Below are positions 49,015-57,919 of a DNA stretch of 64,000 nt, one piece after another. Each line of letters starts with the position of its first letter. Position 1 is the stretch's first letter. Origin of the DNA: Fibrobacteria bacterium (GTDB lineage Bacteria > Fibrobacterota > Fibrobacteria > UBA11236); NCBI GenBank assembly GCA_041746255.1, contig JBGTHM010000019.1, positions 90,107 to 154,106 on the forward strand, in the 5' to 3' direction. The notes beneath the pieces were generated by a model. The model did not search any database, was not told the DNA's origin, and worked only from the letters and a program-made list of their open reading frames with translations. A program made the translations under genes and the position numbers.

Positions 49015-50477
49015 GCGACGTCAAAACAGTCAATATCAAAGTAGATGACAAACCCATGACGGTGCCGGCCGATTGGACGGTGATCAGAGCCTGCCAGACT
49101 AACGGCGTGGAAGTGCCTCATTATTGCTACCATCCCGATCTCAGCATCGCGGGAAATTGCCGCATTTGCATGGTGATGATCAAAGGGATGCCGCGTCCGG
49201 TGGTAGCCTGCGCCCAGCCCGTGAGCGAAGGCATGGAGGTTACCACTACGGGCCAGGAGGTGGAGGAAGCGCGCAAGTCGGTGATGGAATTCATGCTCAT
49301 CAACCACCCGCTCGATTGCCCCGAATGCGATCAGGCCGGTGAATGCCGCCTTCAGAATTACAGCTACGAATACGGCCGTGATCACGGCCGTTTCCACGAG
49401 GAGAAGGTGGTCAAGTCCAAGGCCACCATGGGACCCAATGTCAAATATTGGGGATCGCGTTGCATCGTATGCACGCGTTGCGTGCGTTTTTCCGACGAAG
49501 TGAGCGGTACCGGCGAGTTAGGAGTCATCTACCGGGGCGATAAAAGCGAAATCGCGCTTTTCCCCGGCAAAGAGTTGGATAATCCCCTTTCCATGAACAA
49601 CGCCGATATCTGCCCGGTGGGAGCCCTGGTCTCTTCCGACTTTTTGTATCAAACTCGCGTGTGGAACTTGACCTCCAAGGATTCGCTGTGTCCGGATTGT
49701 TCGGTGGGCTGCAACACCCGTGTCGATTCCGACAAAAAAGGATATATCAAACGCATCGTTCCCCGCCGTAACGACGCAGTGAACAAGGAATGGATGTGCG
49801 ATTACGGCCGACTTTCCTTTCCCTATGTTTACGAAAACCGATTGGGTCGCCCCCTGGTCGACGGCAAGGCGACGGGATGGAAAGAAGCCCGCAAGGCCGC
49901 ACTCGATTTGCTTGGTGGTACGCCCAATGCCGCGGCTTTGATAAGCGCCTGGAATACCAACGAAACCCTGGCCGCTCTGAAATCCCTGCTTGCCAATCAT
50001 TTTCCCGAAATCCGAATCAGCGGCTATGCGAACCCGGGGCGGGCCGACGAAGTTTTTCCGGGATTCACCATCAGCGGCGACAAAAACCCCAATCGCGCGG
50101 GGCTTCGTCAGATTCTCGGAATTGAAGACGCGGAAGCTTCCCTAGCGCAATTGGCGGAGGAAAAGAGTAAGCTGGGAACCTTGCTGCTGGTTCATGGCAT
50201 TCCCCAGTTCGAAATGTCCGAGGCTTTAAAAGCGGTTCTGGACCGCAGCGAAAACGTAATCTTGCTGGATTTCGCCGAGTCCGGGTTAACCCGGTATGGT
50301 AACGTAGCGGTGGCCTTTCCCACACTTACCCATTATGAGAAAAACGGCACTTATATCAACCGCAAGGGACTGTCCCAATCCTTTCGCTCCGTGGTGGAGC
50401 CGTTTGGATATGGCCGCGACGAATCCGAGATATTGCAGGAAATGCATCGGGAAATGGAGCGGAGTGTAAAGGCATGA
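49011..50477 (+). CDS. nuoG: NADH-quinone oxidoreductase subunit G (short form, 488 aa)
   Basis: CYH...GNCRIC; HPLDCPECDQAGEC; CIVCTRC; CPDCSVGC. Confidence 0.9.
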   Translation: MSDVKTVNIKVDDKPMTVPADWTVIRACQTNGVEVPHYCYHPDLSIAGNCRICMVMIKGMPRPVVACAQPVSEGMEVTTTGQEVEEARKSVMEFMLINHPLDCPECDQAGECRLQNYSYEYGRDHGRFHEEKVVKSKATMGPNVKYWGSRCIVCTRCVRFSDEVSGTGELGVIYRGDKSEIALFPGKELDNPLSMNNADICPVGALVSSDFLYQTRVWNLTSKDSLCPDCSVGCNTRVDSDKKGYIKRIVPRRNDAVNKEWMCDYGRLSFPYVYENRLGRPLVDGKATGWKEARKAALDLLGGTPNAAALISAWNTNETLAALKSLLANHFPEIRISGYANPGRADEVFPGFTISGDKNPNRAGLRQILGIEDAEASLAQLAEEKSKLGTLLLVHGIPQFEMSEALKAVLDRSENVILLDFAESGLTRYGNVAVAFPTLTHYEKNGTYINRKGLSQSFRSVVEPFGYGRDESEILQEMHREMERSVKA

Positions 50478-51529
50478 GTGAATTTCTGCTCAACCCCTGG
50501 GTACTGCTCGGAATCAAAATAGCCGTCGGATTGGGCTTGGTCATGACCATGGTTCCCATGCTGATTTGGATGGAGCGCCGAGTCAGCGCCCGCTTCCAAT
50601 TGCGGCTGGGACCCAATCGCATCGGACCTTTCGGATTATTTCAGAACCTCGCCGATGCCGTCAAGCTCATCTGGAAAGAGGATTTTTTTCCTCGCAATAC
50701 CGATCGGGTTCTGTTTCTGGCCTCCCCCATCATGACTTTTCTGCCGGGGGTCCTGATTTTCGCTCTGATACCGGTGGGGATGACGGGTAACGCCGCATTG
50801 GGTCATGGAGGTATTCTCGCGATCAGCGATATCGGACTCGGGTTGCTCGTGGTATTGGCGATATCGTCGGTTTCCGCCTATGGAATCGCCTTTGCCGGGT
50901 GGTCTTCCAACAATCAATATGCCTTGCTCGGCGGAATCCGGTCTTCGGCGCAACTCATCAGCTATGAAATCGTGATGATGCTTTCCATCATCGCCTTCGT
51001 GATGATGACCGGAAGCATCAACCTGATTGAAATCGTGGTGCAACAACAGGAGACGTGGTGGAATATCGCCCGGCAACCCTTTACCTTTTTATTGTTCCTC
51101 ATCGCCATATTCGCGGAGCTTAATCGCGCGCCCTTCGATTTGCCCGAGGCGGAGCAGGAGTTGGTCGGCGGCTATCATGTCGAATACACCGGCCTACGCT
51201 ACGCCTGGTTCATGTTCGGCGAATACGCCGCTCTTTTCACCATGTGCGCGGTGACCACCACCTTATTCCTGGGCGGGTGGAGCCTACCCTTCGTGGATAC
51301 CTGGCTGCTTGCCACCCCATGGTGGTTTATGGGCTTGGTCAGCTTCGGCATTTTCATGACCAAGGTCATCGCTTTGGTTTTCTTTTTCATGTGGGTTCGT
51401 TGGACCATGCCCCGTTTCCGATGGGATCAATTGATGAGCCTGGGTTGGACCGCGCTCATCCCGCTGGCCTTGGCCAACATCCTTTTGACGGCGGTGCTGA
51501 TGGAAGTCGGAGGATTTTATGTCGATTAA
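50474..51529 (+). CDS. nuoH: NADH-quinone oxidoreductase subunit H
   Basis: ERRV..RFQLRLGPNR; NRAPFDLPEAEQELVGGYHVEY. Confidence 0.97.
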   Translation: MSEFLLNPWVLLGIKIAVGLGLVMTMVPMLIWMERRVSARFQLRLGPNRIGPFGLFQNLADAVKLIWKEDFFPRNTDRVLFLASPIMTFLPGVLIFALIPVGMTGNAALGHGGILAISDIGLGLLVVLAISSVSAYGIAFAGWSSNNQYALLGGIRSSAQLISYEIVMMLSIIAFVMMTGSINLIEIVVQQQETWWNIARQPFTFLLFLIAIFAELNRAPFDLPEAEQELVGGYHVEYTGLRYAWFMFGEYAALFTMCAVTTTLFLGGWSLPFVDTWLLATPWWFMGLVSFGIFMTKVIALVFFFMWVRWTMPRFRWDQLMSLGWTALIPLALANILLTAVLMEVGGFYVD

Positions 51530-51965
51530 CAAAATGCCTTGGTGGATGCGCATCTATCTCCCCGCCTTTTTCAAGGGGCTGTTCGTTTCCATCCGCCAGT
51601 TCGCCAAAAAACCGGTCACCTACGAGTATCCCGAAGTTAAGCCTCCCATCAATGAGCGCTTTCGCGGCGAACACCGATTGACCAAGGATGAACAAGGCCA
51701 TATGAAATGCGTGGCCTGTTATATGTGCGCCACCGCCTGTCCGGCCCATTGCATCCATATCGAGGCCGAAGCTGCTCCACCTGATTGGGATGGCCGCGAC
51801 AAGATTCCCCGCACTTTCGAAATAGACATGTTGAAATGCATCTATTGCGGGTATTGCGTTGAAGCCTGTCCTAAGGAAGCCATCGAGATGACGAATAAGA
51901 TCCCGCAGGTTTACGATAATCGCCGGGATTTCATTTACGGCATCGAAAAGCTGCTGAACAACTAA
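51519..51965 (+). CDS. nuoI: NADH-quinone oxidoreductase subunit I
   Basis: CVACYMCATACP; CIYCGYCVEACP. Confidence 0.96.
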   Translation: MSINKMPWWMRIYLPAFFKGLFVSIRQFAKKPVTYEYPEVKPPINERFRGEHRLTKDEQGHMKCVACYMCATACPAHCIHIEAEAAPPDWDGRDKIPRTFEIDMLKCIYCGYCVEACPKEAIEMTNKIPQVYDNRRDFIYGIEKLLNN

Positions 51966-52012
51966 CCGTCCTCCGCCTAATGGCGGCGGTGACGTAGGAG
52001 ACTGCCGGCGCC

Positions 52013-52210
52013 ATGGGTCAGCTCAAAAAATTCGGCCTCATCCTATTTATCGCTTACTTCACGGTGCGCGGCATCTGGCCGGATTTTTTCCGTTTGCGTA
52101 CCCTCCTCGCGCGCATTTTCTTCTTCGCTCTTGCCCTAGCCTCCGAATTGATGGAGCCTGTCAAGCCTCAAAAGCCCAAGGGTACGGATTTTCTCTCCCC
52201 TTCCCACTAA
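52013..52210 (+). CDS. Small hypothetical membrane protein
   Basis: RBS TAGGAG upstream; two hydrophobic segments; 65 aa. Confidence 0.4.
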   Translation: MGQLKKFGLILFIAYFTVRGIWPDFFRLRTLLARIFFFALALASELMEPVKPQKPKGTDFLSPSH

Positions 52211-52434
52211 GCATCCCGCCCTTTAAGAAAAAAGCTTCCGTTTCCCTTTTTAAGGGCACGAATTCCCCCTTGTATTCGTCAAATGATTCGGAGTGGAAAA
52301 TTTGGATCGGTTATTTTCCGCTATGTGACGTAGAGCACGGAAATTTTGGGACGGAAAAGGCAGTTTGATAGGAGAAGGCGGCAAGTCAGTAGGAAAAACG
52401 GCTGCGAGCGCGCCTGAACCAGGAAGTTCATTTC

Positions 52435-52887
52435 ATGGAGGTAGAAGTGAGGGATGTCCGGGAGCTCTTACAAGAATGTCTGCAATTTTATTTCCCCTCG
52501 TTCCGTCCCTTTTTCATTTTAGACTTGCCCCAACACCCTGTGCCGGTCACGGCGGGTTGGGAGTGGTCCTGTATTTTTTTGAATCTCTTCAAAAACGCTC
52601 TGGAGGCAGGCGCCGATAAAATCAGTGTATCGCTAAGGCGGGCCGAAAGCCCGGAGTGGACTTTGCGGATCCAGGATAACGGCGTGGTCTGTGCGCATGG
52701 AAATATGGGACGATTGTTTCATAGGAGTTACGCCACCAAAAAACCCGGTGTTAACATGGGGTTGGGATTGGCCGCCGTTAAAATGGCTTTACAGCGTTGC
52801 GGCGGGAAGATTTCCATTATGCGGGGCGAGGGCGGCGCCGGTCTTTGCCTCGAAGTGGAATTTTCCGCACCAATGCCGTCCGGCTGA
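52435..52887 (+). CDS. Stand-alone HATPase_c domain (no HisKA); possibly a pseudogene fragment
   Basis: NLFKNALEA (N box), QDNG (G1), LF..SYATKK (F), GLGLA (G2); in-frame TAG at 52390 upstream. Confidence 0.6.
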   Translation: MEVEVRDVRELLQECLQFYFPSFRPFFILDLPQHPVPVTAGWEWSCIFLNLFKNALEAGADKISVSLRRAESPEWTLRIQDNGVVCAHGNMGRLFHRSYATKKPGVNMGLGLAAVKMALQRCGGKISIMRGEGGAGLCLEVEFSAPMPSG

Positions 52888-52894
52888 AGCCATA

Positions 52895-53341
52895 TCAGGG
52901 CATATCGAGAAGTTCTCGCACTTTTTGAATCAGGTGCTTGACGTGAAAGGGCTTTTGCAAATAGCTGGAGGTAGTTCCCGTAATTCCGGTAAGGGATTCC
53001 TCCAGGCAATATCCGGTCATAAACATGACTTTCAATTCAGGACGAAGTACAGCGAGTTTTTCAGCGAGTTCCTTGCCGCCAATATGGGGCATTTCCAAAT
53101 CGGTAAGCAGTGCATGGATGGCGGTAGGGTGATGCGCGGCGATATCCATAGCCTCCTCCCCGTCCCGGCTTTCCAGAATCGTATACCCTTTGGCCGTTAG
53201 AATCTCCCTGACGAGTTGCCTTAGCTCCTCCTCGTCCTCCACAAGCAAAATGGTTTCCCAGCCTCGAGGTGAAGAAAGGGGGGAGAAGGGCGAATCGCTT
53301 TCGCGTGAAAGAAACCCGGGAGAGAAGATGCCAGAAGACAT
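52895..53341 (-). CDS. Single-domain response regulator (receiver)
   Basis: LLVEDE; LLTDLEMP; FMTGY; QKPF. Confidence 0.88.
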   Translation of the reverse strand: MSSGIFSPGFLSRESDSPFSPLSSPRGWETILLVEDEEELRQLVREILTAKGYTILESRDGEEAMDIAAHHPTAIHALLTDLEMPHIGGKELAEKLAVLRPELKVMFMTGYCLEESLTGITGTTSSYLQKPFHVKHLIQKVRELLDMP

Positions 53342-53537
53342 GGAGACCTCCTCTATGCTATTGGGAGCGGCCAGGAGACGGTACGGTTAAAAAGTAGTAC
53401 GACTGACGGTCCGGTGTCACCTTTCGGGAGGATGAAGGCCGACTTTCCCCTATGCCGGAACAGGGATGCAAGGCTTTATTTTCAGGGTATTTCTTGCTAA
53501 CATTTCCGGGAAACTCCGACAAATAGGGTAGTGTTTA

Positions 53538-54149
53538 GTGCAGAATCCGAGCCTGGTCCATTTAATTTTTGCGCTGTCCTCCCTGCTTATCCTCCTGGCT
53601 TCGCTGGGAGTCGTGTTGGTCAAGAACCCGGTTCGCGCTACTTTGCTTCTAATCGCTTCTTTTATCCCTACCGCTTTGATTTACATCCTCCTTCAAGCCC
53701 CCTTTGTCGGGATTCTGCAAATCCTGGTCTATGCCGGGGCCATCATGATGCTTTTCACCTTTGTCATCATGATGATCAATCCCGCTCCCATGGGTGGCAA
53801 AGGGGGGGAGGGTGGATTACCGCCTTCGCGCCTGAATACCCTTGTCGCCCTGCTGCTTTTGGTTCTGGCGGCGGTAGTTTTCATTCCGGGGGTTTATCAG
53901 GCAGCGGCTCAAACCACGGTAAACCTTCCGCTACGCCCCGACTTCGGCGGCTTGGGCGCCCTTTCCGAAATGATTTTCCGCGATCCCGCCAACAATCCGC
54001 TTACAGTATCTTTCGAACTCATGTCCTTTCTCATTCTGGTAGGAATTATCGCCGCCTTGAATTTTTCGCGGCGTAAAAGCCAAAGCAGGCTCGATTCGCC
54101 CTCGGAGACCGTTTCGGCGAGCGGACAAGTGGAAAAGGAAGAGATTTAA
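53538..54149 (+). CDS. nuoJ: NADH-quinone oxidoreductase subunit J
   Basis: KNPVRA; QILVYAGAIMMLFTFVIMM; SFEL. Confidence 0.93.
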   Translation: MQNPSLVHLIFALSSLLILLASLGVVLVKNPVRATLLLIASFIPTALIYILLQAPFVGILQILVYAGAIMMLFTFVIMMINPAPMGGKGGEGGLPPSRLNTLVALLLLVLAAVVFIPGVYQAAAQTTVNLPLRPDFGGLGALSEMIFRDPANNPLTVSFELMSFLILVGIIAALNFSRRKSQSRLDSPSETVSASGQVEKEEI

Positions 54150-54469
54150 TGGAGCTGTTCAATTTGCAGAATGTCCTGTTGTTGTCCCTCCTGCTCGTGC
54201 TAATCGGGTCTTACGGGATTTTCCTTCGGCGCAGCCTCATTCTCGTCCTGTTATCCGTGGAAATTGCCCTTAACGGGGTGAACTTGAGCCTAATCGGATT
54301 CAATTACTTCCGCTGGAGCGACGTGGAAACCAGCCACTATCTCTACATGCTTTCCATCGGGGTGGCCGCCGTAGAGGCGGCAATCGGGCTATCGATGATC
54401 ATCGTGCTTTTCCGCAATTATAACGATGTGACACGGGACCGGGTAGCGAATTTACGGGAGATTCCCTGA
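54149..54469 (+). CDS. nuoK: NADH-quinone oxidoreductase subunit K
   Basis: SVEIALNGVNL; AAVEAAIGL. Confidence 0.95.
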   Translation: MELFNLQNVLLLSLLLVLIGSYGIFLRRSLILVLLSVEIALNGVNLSLIGFNYFRWSDVETSHYLYMLSIGVAAVEAAIGLSMIIVLFRNYNDVTRDRVANLREIP

Positions 54470-56397
54470 TGAATTCGTGGGCCTTACTGTTACTTCCCTT
54501 GCTTCCGGGTTTGTCCGCCGCCATTTTGGCCGTGGCCGGACGACGCTGGTCTTATGGAGTCTATTCGACGTTTTCCACCGCCGCTGCCGGTGCGGCATTT
54601 CTCTGCGCGCTTTACTTGGGTGCCGCTTCCGACTGGGGCGCCTTAACTCTGAACTGGACATACGGCGCTTGGCTCACAACACCGGCTTTTGAAGCCGGGC
54701 TCTCCCTGCGACTGGATTCGCTGGCGCTGTGGATGTCTATGCTGGTAAGCGGATTCGGATTTCTCATCACTTTCTATTCCGTCGGGTATATGCGGCTTGA
54801 CCAGGAACAGGGCCGTTTTTTCGCCAGCCTCAACCTTTTCGTCGCGGCCATGCTGTTATTGGTATTGGCCGACAACCTGGTGCTCATCTTCTTGGGATGG
54901 GAAGGCGTTGGGCTTTGCTCTTATCTCCTTATCGGCCACTATTGGAAACAACCCGGCGTTCCCTTGGCGGCTTTCCGCGCTTTTTTCGTGAACCGCGTGG
55001 GAGATATTTTTTTCCTGCTCGGCGTATTCATGCTTTTTACGGTGTTCGGAAGCGTATCCTTTTCCGAACTCGACACCGCCGGCTTGCTGTTTCTGGAAGG
55101 CGATCCCGAAGCCATGCGCCGGGCGGTATGGGGAGCGTTCCTGCTTTTGGGCGGAGCCTTCGCCAAATCCGCGCAAGCCCCGCTCCATGTATGGTTGGCC
55201 GACGCCATGGCGGGACCGACTCCCGTAAGCGCCCTGATTCATGCCGCCACCATGGTCACGGCCGGAATTTACCTGGTGGTCCGCCTCGACTGGCTTTTCG
55301 CCATCGCTCCGGAAGCGCGATTCCTGATGGCCGTTTGCGCGCTCGTCACCTTGATAATTGGCGCCTTGATGGCGCTCACCCAAACCGATATCAAAAAAAT
55401 TCTGGCCTATTCCACCCTTTCCAACCTGGCGCTCATGTTCCTGGCTTTGTCGATAACGGCGGTCGGACCGGCCCTGCTGCATCTTTTCGCCCACGCCTTT
55501 TTCAAGGCGCTGTTGTTTTTGGCCGCGGGAAGCGTCATCATCGCAGCGCATCACGAGCAAGACATACGCAAGTTACGGGGGGTTTTGAAAAAACTTCCCA
55601 TCACCAACGCCGCTTTCTGGGTGGGTTGCATCGGCGGCGCCGGTTTGCTGCCCTTTTTGTCCGCGGCTTTTTTCAGCAAGGAATTGATACTCGAATCCTT
55701 GCAGCAAGGAAGTGTCAGCGCTTTTGGCCTGACCCTCGGCCCCAATTTTCTGTACGGTACCGTACTGGTCATGGAGTGGGTGACGGTGCTTTATCTTTTC
55801 CGCCTACTGGGCTATTTGCGGGCGGATTCCCCCGCCGAGGATTCGCACCAAGCTCACGGGGAGGCCATTCACGAGCCCGGGTTCAGCTTGAGAGGCATCC
55901 TCATCGTATTAAGCTTGGCGGCCCCCATCTTCGGAATTTTAAGCGCCACCCCTTCTTTTGGTGGCGGAGGCGCTTTTTATCGGGCTGTAAGCGGAGAAGT
56001 CGTTCCGGCCGGCCCGGATTTCGGTCATGCGGCGCCTTTTCTGGCTATCGCACTCCTTTTAGCGGTCGGGTGTTACCTCGTTTTTGCCAAGGCGGCCTGG
56101 CGCTCCGCCTTCACCGCGAAAACGGCATTTCTGCGCCTGGGTGATTACGGTCCCTTATCGCGGCGCTTCTATTTCGACGATGTGTATGAATACCTGCTGC
56201 TGGGGCCTTTACGCATCTTGGGATGGTTATGCCGCATCATCCTGGAATTCCTTTTCGTAGGCTGGGTGGTGCTTTTCGGTTCGATAGGCATGGGCCTATC
56301 CCGCCAGATGAAGCGCCTGCAAAGCGGCCGGCTGCATCATTACGCCATGGCGGTGCTCTTTTCGGCGGTGCTGCTTTATTTGTTCGTGGAAAGGTAA
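54469..56397 (+). CDS. nuoL: NADH-quinone oxidoreductase subunit L
   Basis: GWEGVGLCSYLLIG; KSAQAPLHVWLADAMAGPTPVSALIHAATMV. Confidence 0.96.
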   Translation: MNSWALLLLPLLPGLSAAILAVAGRRWSYGVYSTFSTAAAGAAFLCALYLGAASDWGALTLNWTYGAWLTTPAFEAGLSLRLDSLALWMSMLVSGFGFLITFYSVGYMRLDQEQGRFFASLNLFVAAMLLLVLADNLVLIFLGWEGVGLCSYLLIGHYWKQPGVPLAAFRAFFVNRVGDIFFLLGVFMLFTVFGSVSFSELDTAGLLFLEGDPEAMRRAVWGAFLLLGGAFAKSAQAPLHVWLADAMAGPTPVSALIHAATMVTAGIYLVVRLDWLFAIAPEARFLMAVCALVTLIIGALMALTQTDIKKILAYSTLSNLALMFLALSITAVGPALLHLFAHAFFKALLFLAAGSVIIAAHHEQDIRKLRGVLKKLPITNAAFWVGCIGGAGLLPFLSAAFFSKELILESLQQGSVSAFGLTLGPNFLYGTVLVMEWVTVLYLFRLLGYLRADSPAEDSHQAHGEAIHEPGFSLRGILIVLSLAAPIFGILSATPSFGGGGAFYRAVSGEVVPAGPDFGHAAPFLAIALLLAVGCYLVFAKAAWRSAFTAKTAFLRLGDYGPLSRRFYFDDVYEYLLLGPLRILGWLCRIILEFLFVGWVVLFGSIGMGLSRQMKRLQSGRLHHYAMAVLFSAVLLYLFVER

Positions 56398-56400
56398 GCC

Positions 56401-57918
56401 GTGACGGCAATACAACCCATATTGTTGATTTTAAGCCTGTTCGCGCCTTTGGCGGCGATTGTGCTTCACGCAACCTATTCGGGCGACGGAAAGGGCCATG
56501 CTCGCTTGGCGGTGATTTTCCATCTGGGCTACGGAGCGCTGCTCATCGTTCTTTCGGTACTCAATCTCTACTCCGGGTTATACATGGTCAGCCGGGGAGA
56601 CGGCATTCCTTTCGGCTTCGCGGGCTTTACTTTCGAGCCATCCCTTTATTTGAACCCGGGTAACGCGCCCCTGCTATTGTTGATGGGAATTTCGCTTCCC
56701 CTTACTTTCATCTGGCTGCGCGATCGCGAAGGCCGCTACGGCGTTTCCTATTATGTTTCGGCGAACTTGCTGGTGTTCAGTCTCGTCGGCGTATTCGTTT
56801 CCCAAAGCCTGATACTCTTCTATCTGTTCTGGGAATTGGCGCTGGTCGGAGCCTATTTTTGGATCGGCATGCATGGCCGGGCGCATTCCTATACACCGAT
56901 GGTTTATCCCGCGCTGGCGCGCTTCGCTCTCATGACCCTGTTGGGCAGCCTTCCCATGTTGCTTTCCATTGTGCTTCTGTCGGCGAGCGCAGGCCGCGAT
57001 CCCGGTTTGTTCGGAATCAAGACGGTATTACAGGTTATGGATCCCTGGGCCCGCTGGTTGGCCTTCTCCGGATTCGCCCTGGCCTTCACGGTGAAATTGC
57101 CGCTATTGGGGTTGCATGGTTGGCTGCGCGATACCTATAACGTTTCTCCGGCTGCGTGCCGAACCCTGCTCTCGGCGTTGATGTCGAAAATGGGCGCCTA
57201 CGGTCTCGTATTCATCCTGGCGGCGGGTTTCGTCGAGGAAAGCCGCATCTTGGCGCCCTATTTCCAAATAATCTGCGTGGTGGGAGCCGTTTACGGAGGC
57301 CTACTCTGCCTTTCCAGCGAGCGCTTCGCCGACATTCTTATCTATTCGTCCCTGGCGCATCTCTCGGTAATCGGTCTTGGGGTTTTCACCGCGGTGGGAA
57401 GCGAAGAAATGTATGCTACGGGAATTACCGGAGCGGTTTTCCTCATCTTCAGCCACGGCCTTATCATGACCGCCTTGTTCGCTTTCGACGCGCGAATCAC
57501 GGTTTCCGGCGAAAGCCCTTCCATCCATTCCGCCGGAGGATTGCGCGCGGGCCAGGGCCGCCTCTCCGCATTGTTACTCCTTTCCATCTTCGCCTCGGCG
57601 AGCCTTCCCGGCCTCAGTAATTTCGCGGGGGAGTTCATGGTCTTCTTTTCCGCTTTCGGCGTCTCGCCCTGGCTCACTTTTTTCTCCGCCGCGGGGGTGC
57701 TCATCGTGGCCGCGGCGCTGGTTCGGGCCTACCACGCCCTGTTTCTCGGAGAGCGGGAAAACCCCTCCCCGGTAAAACAAGCGGCGGATCTCGGAATCGG
57801 AGAAACCGTCCTGGCGCTTGGCCTGGCGGTGCTTTGGCTGGTACTTGGCCTTTATCCCATGCTCTTCGTGGGACCCGTACAAAAAGCCTTCCTGATTCCC
57901 GGATTGGGAGGAATGTGA
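56401..57918 (+). CDS. nuoM: NADH-quinone oxidoreductase subunit M
   Basis: FYLFWEL; VKLPLLGLHGWL; SKMGAYG; LPGLSNFAGEF. Confidence 0.9.
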   Translation: MTAIQPILLILSLFAPLAAIVLHATYSGDGKGHARLAVIFHLGYGALLIVLSVLNLYSGLYMVSRGDGIPFGFAGFTFEPSLYLNPGNAPLLLLMGISLPLTFIWLRDREGRYGVSYYVSANLLVFSLVGVFVSQSLILFYLFWELALVGAYFWIGMHGRAHSYTPMVYPALARFALMTLLGSLPMLLSIVLLSASAGRDPGLFGIKTVLQVMDPWARWLAFSGFALAFTVKLPLLGLHGWLRDTYNVSPAACRTLLSALMSKMGAYGLVFILAAGFVEESRILAPYFQIICVVGAVYGGLLCLSSERFADILIYSSLAHLSVIGLGVFTAVGSEEMYATGITGAVFLIFSHGLIMTALFAFDARITVSGESPSIHSAGGLRAGQGRLSALLLLSIFASASLPGLSNFAGEFMVFFSAFGVSPWLTFFSAAGVLIVAAALVRAYHALFLGERENPSPVKQAADLGIGETVLALGLAVLWLVLGLYPMLFVGPVQKAFLIPGLGGM

Positions 57919-57919
57919 T

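Noticed and set aside
53399..53460. ZMP/ZTP riboswitch-like start (CGACTGACGG ... GCCGAC) upstream of nuoJ
   Set aside because: The required 3' CGTCTGGGCA pseudoknot element and GTGG..CCAC stem are absent, and the downstream gene is not purine or folate related.
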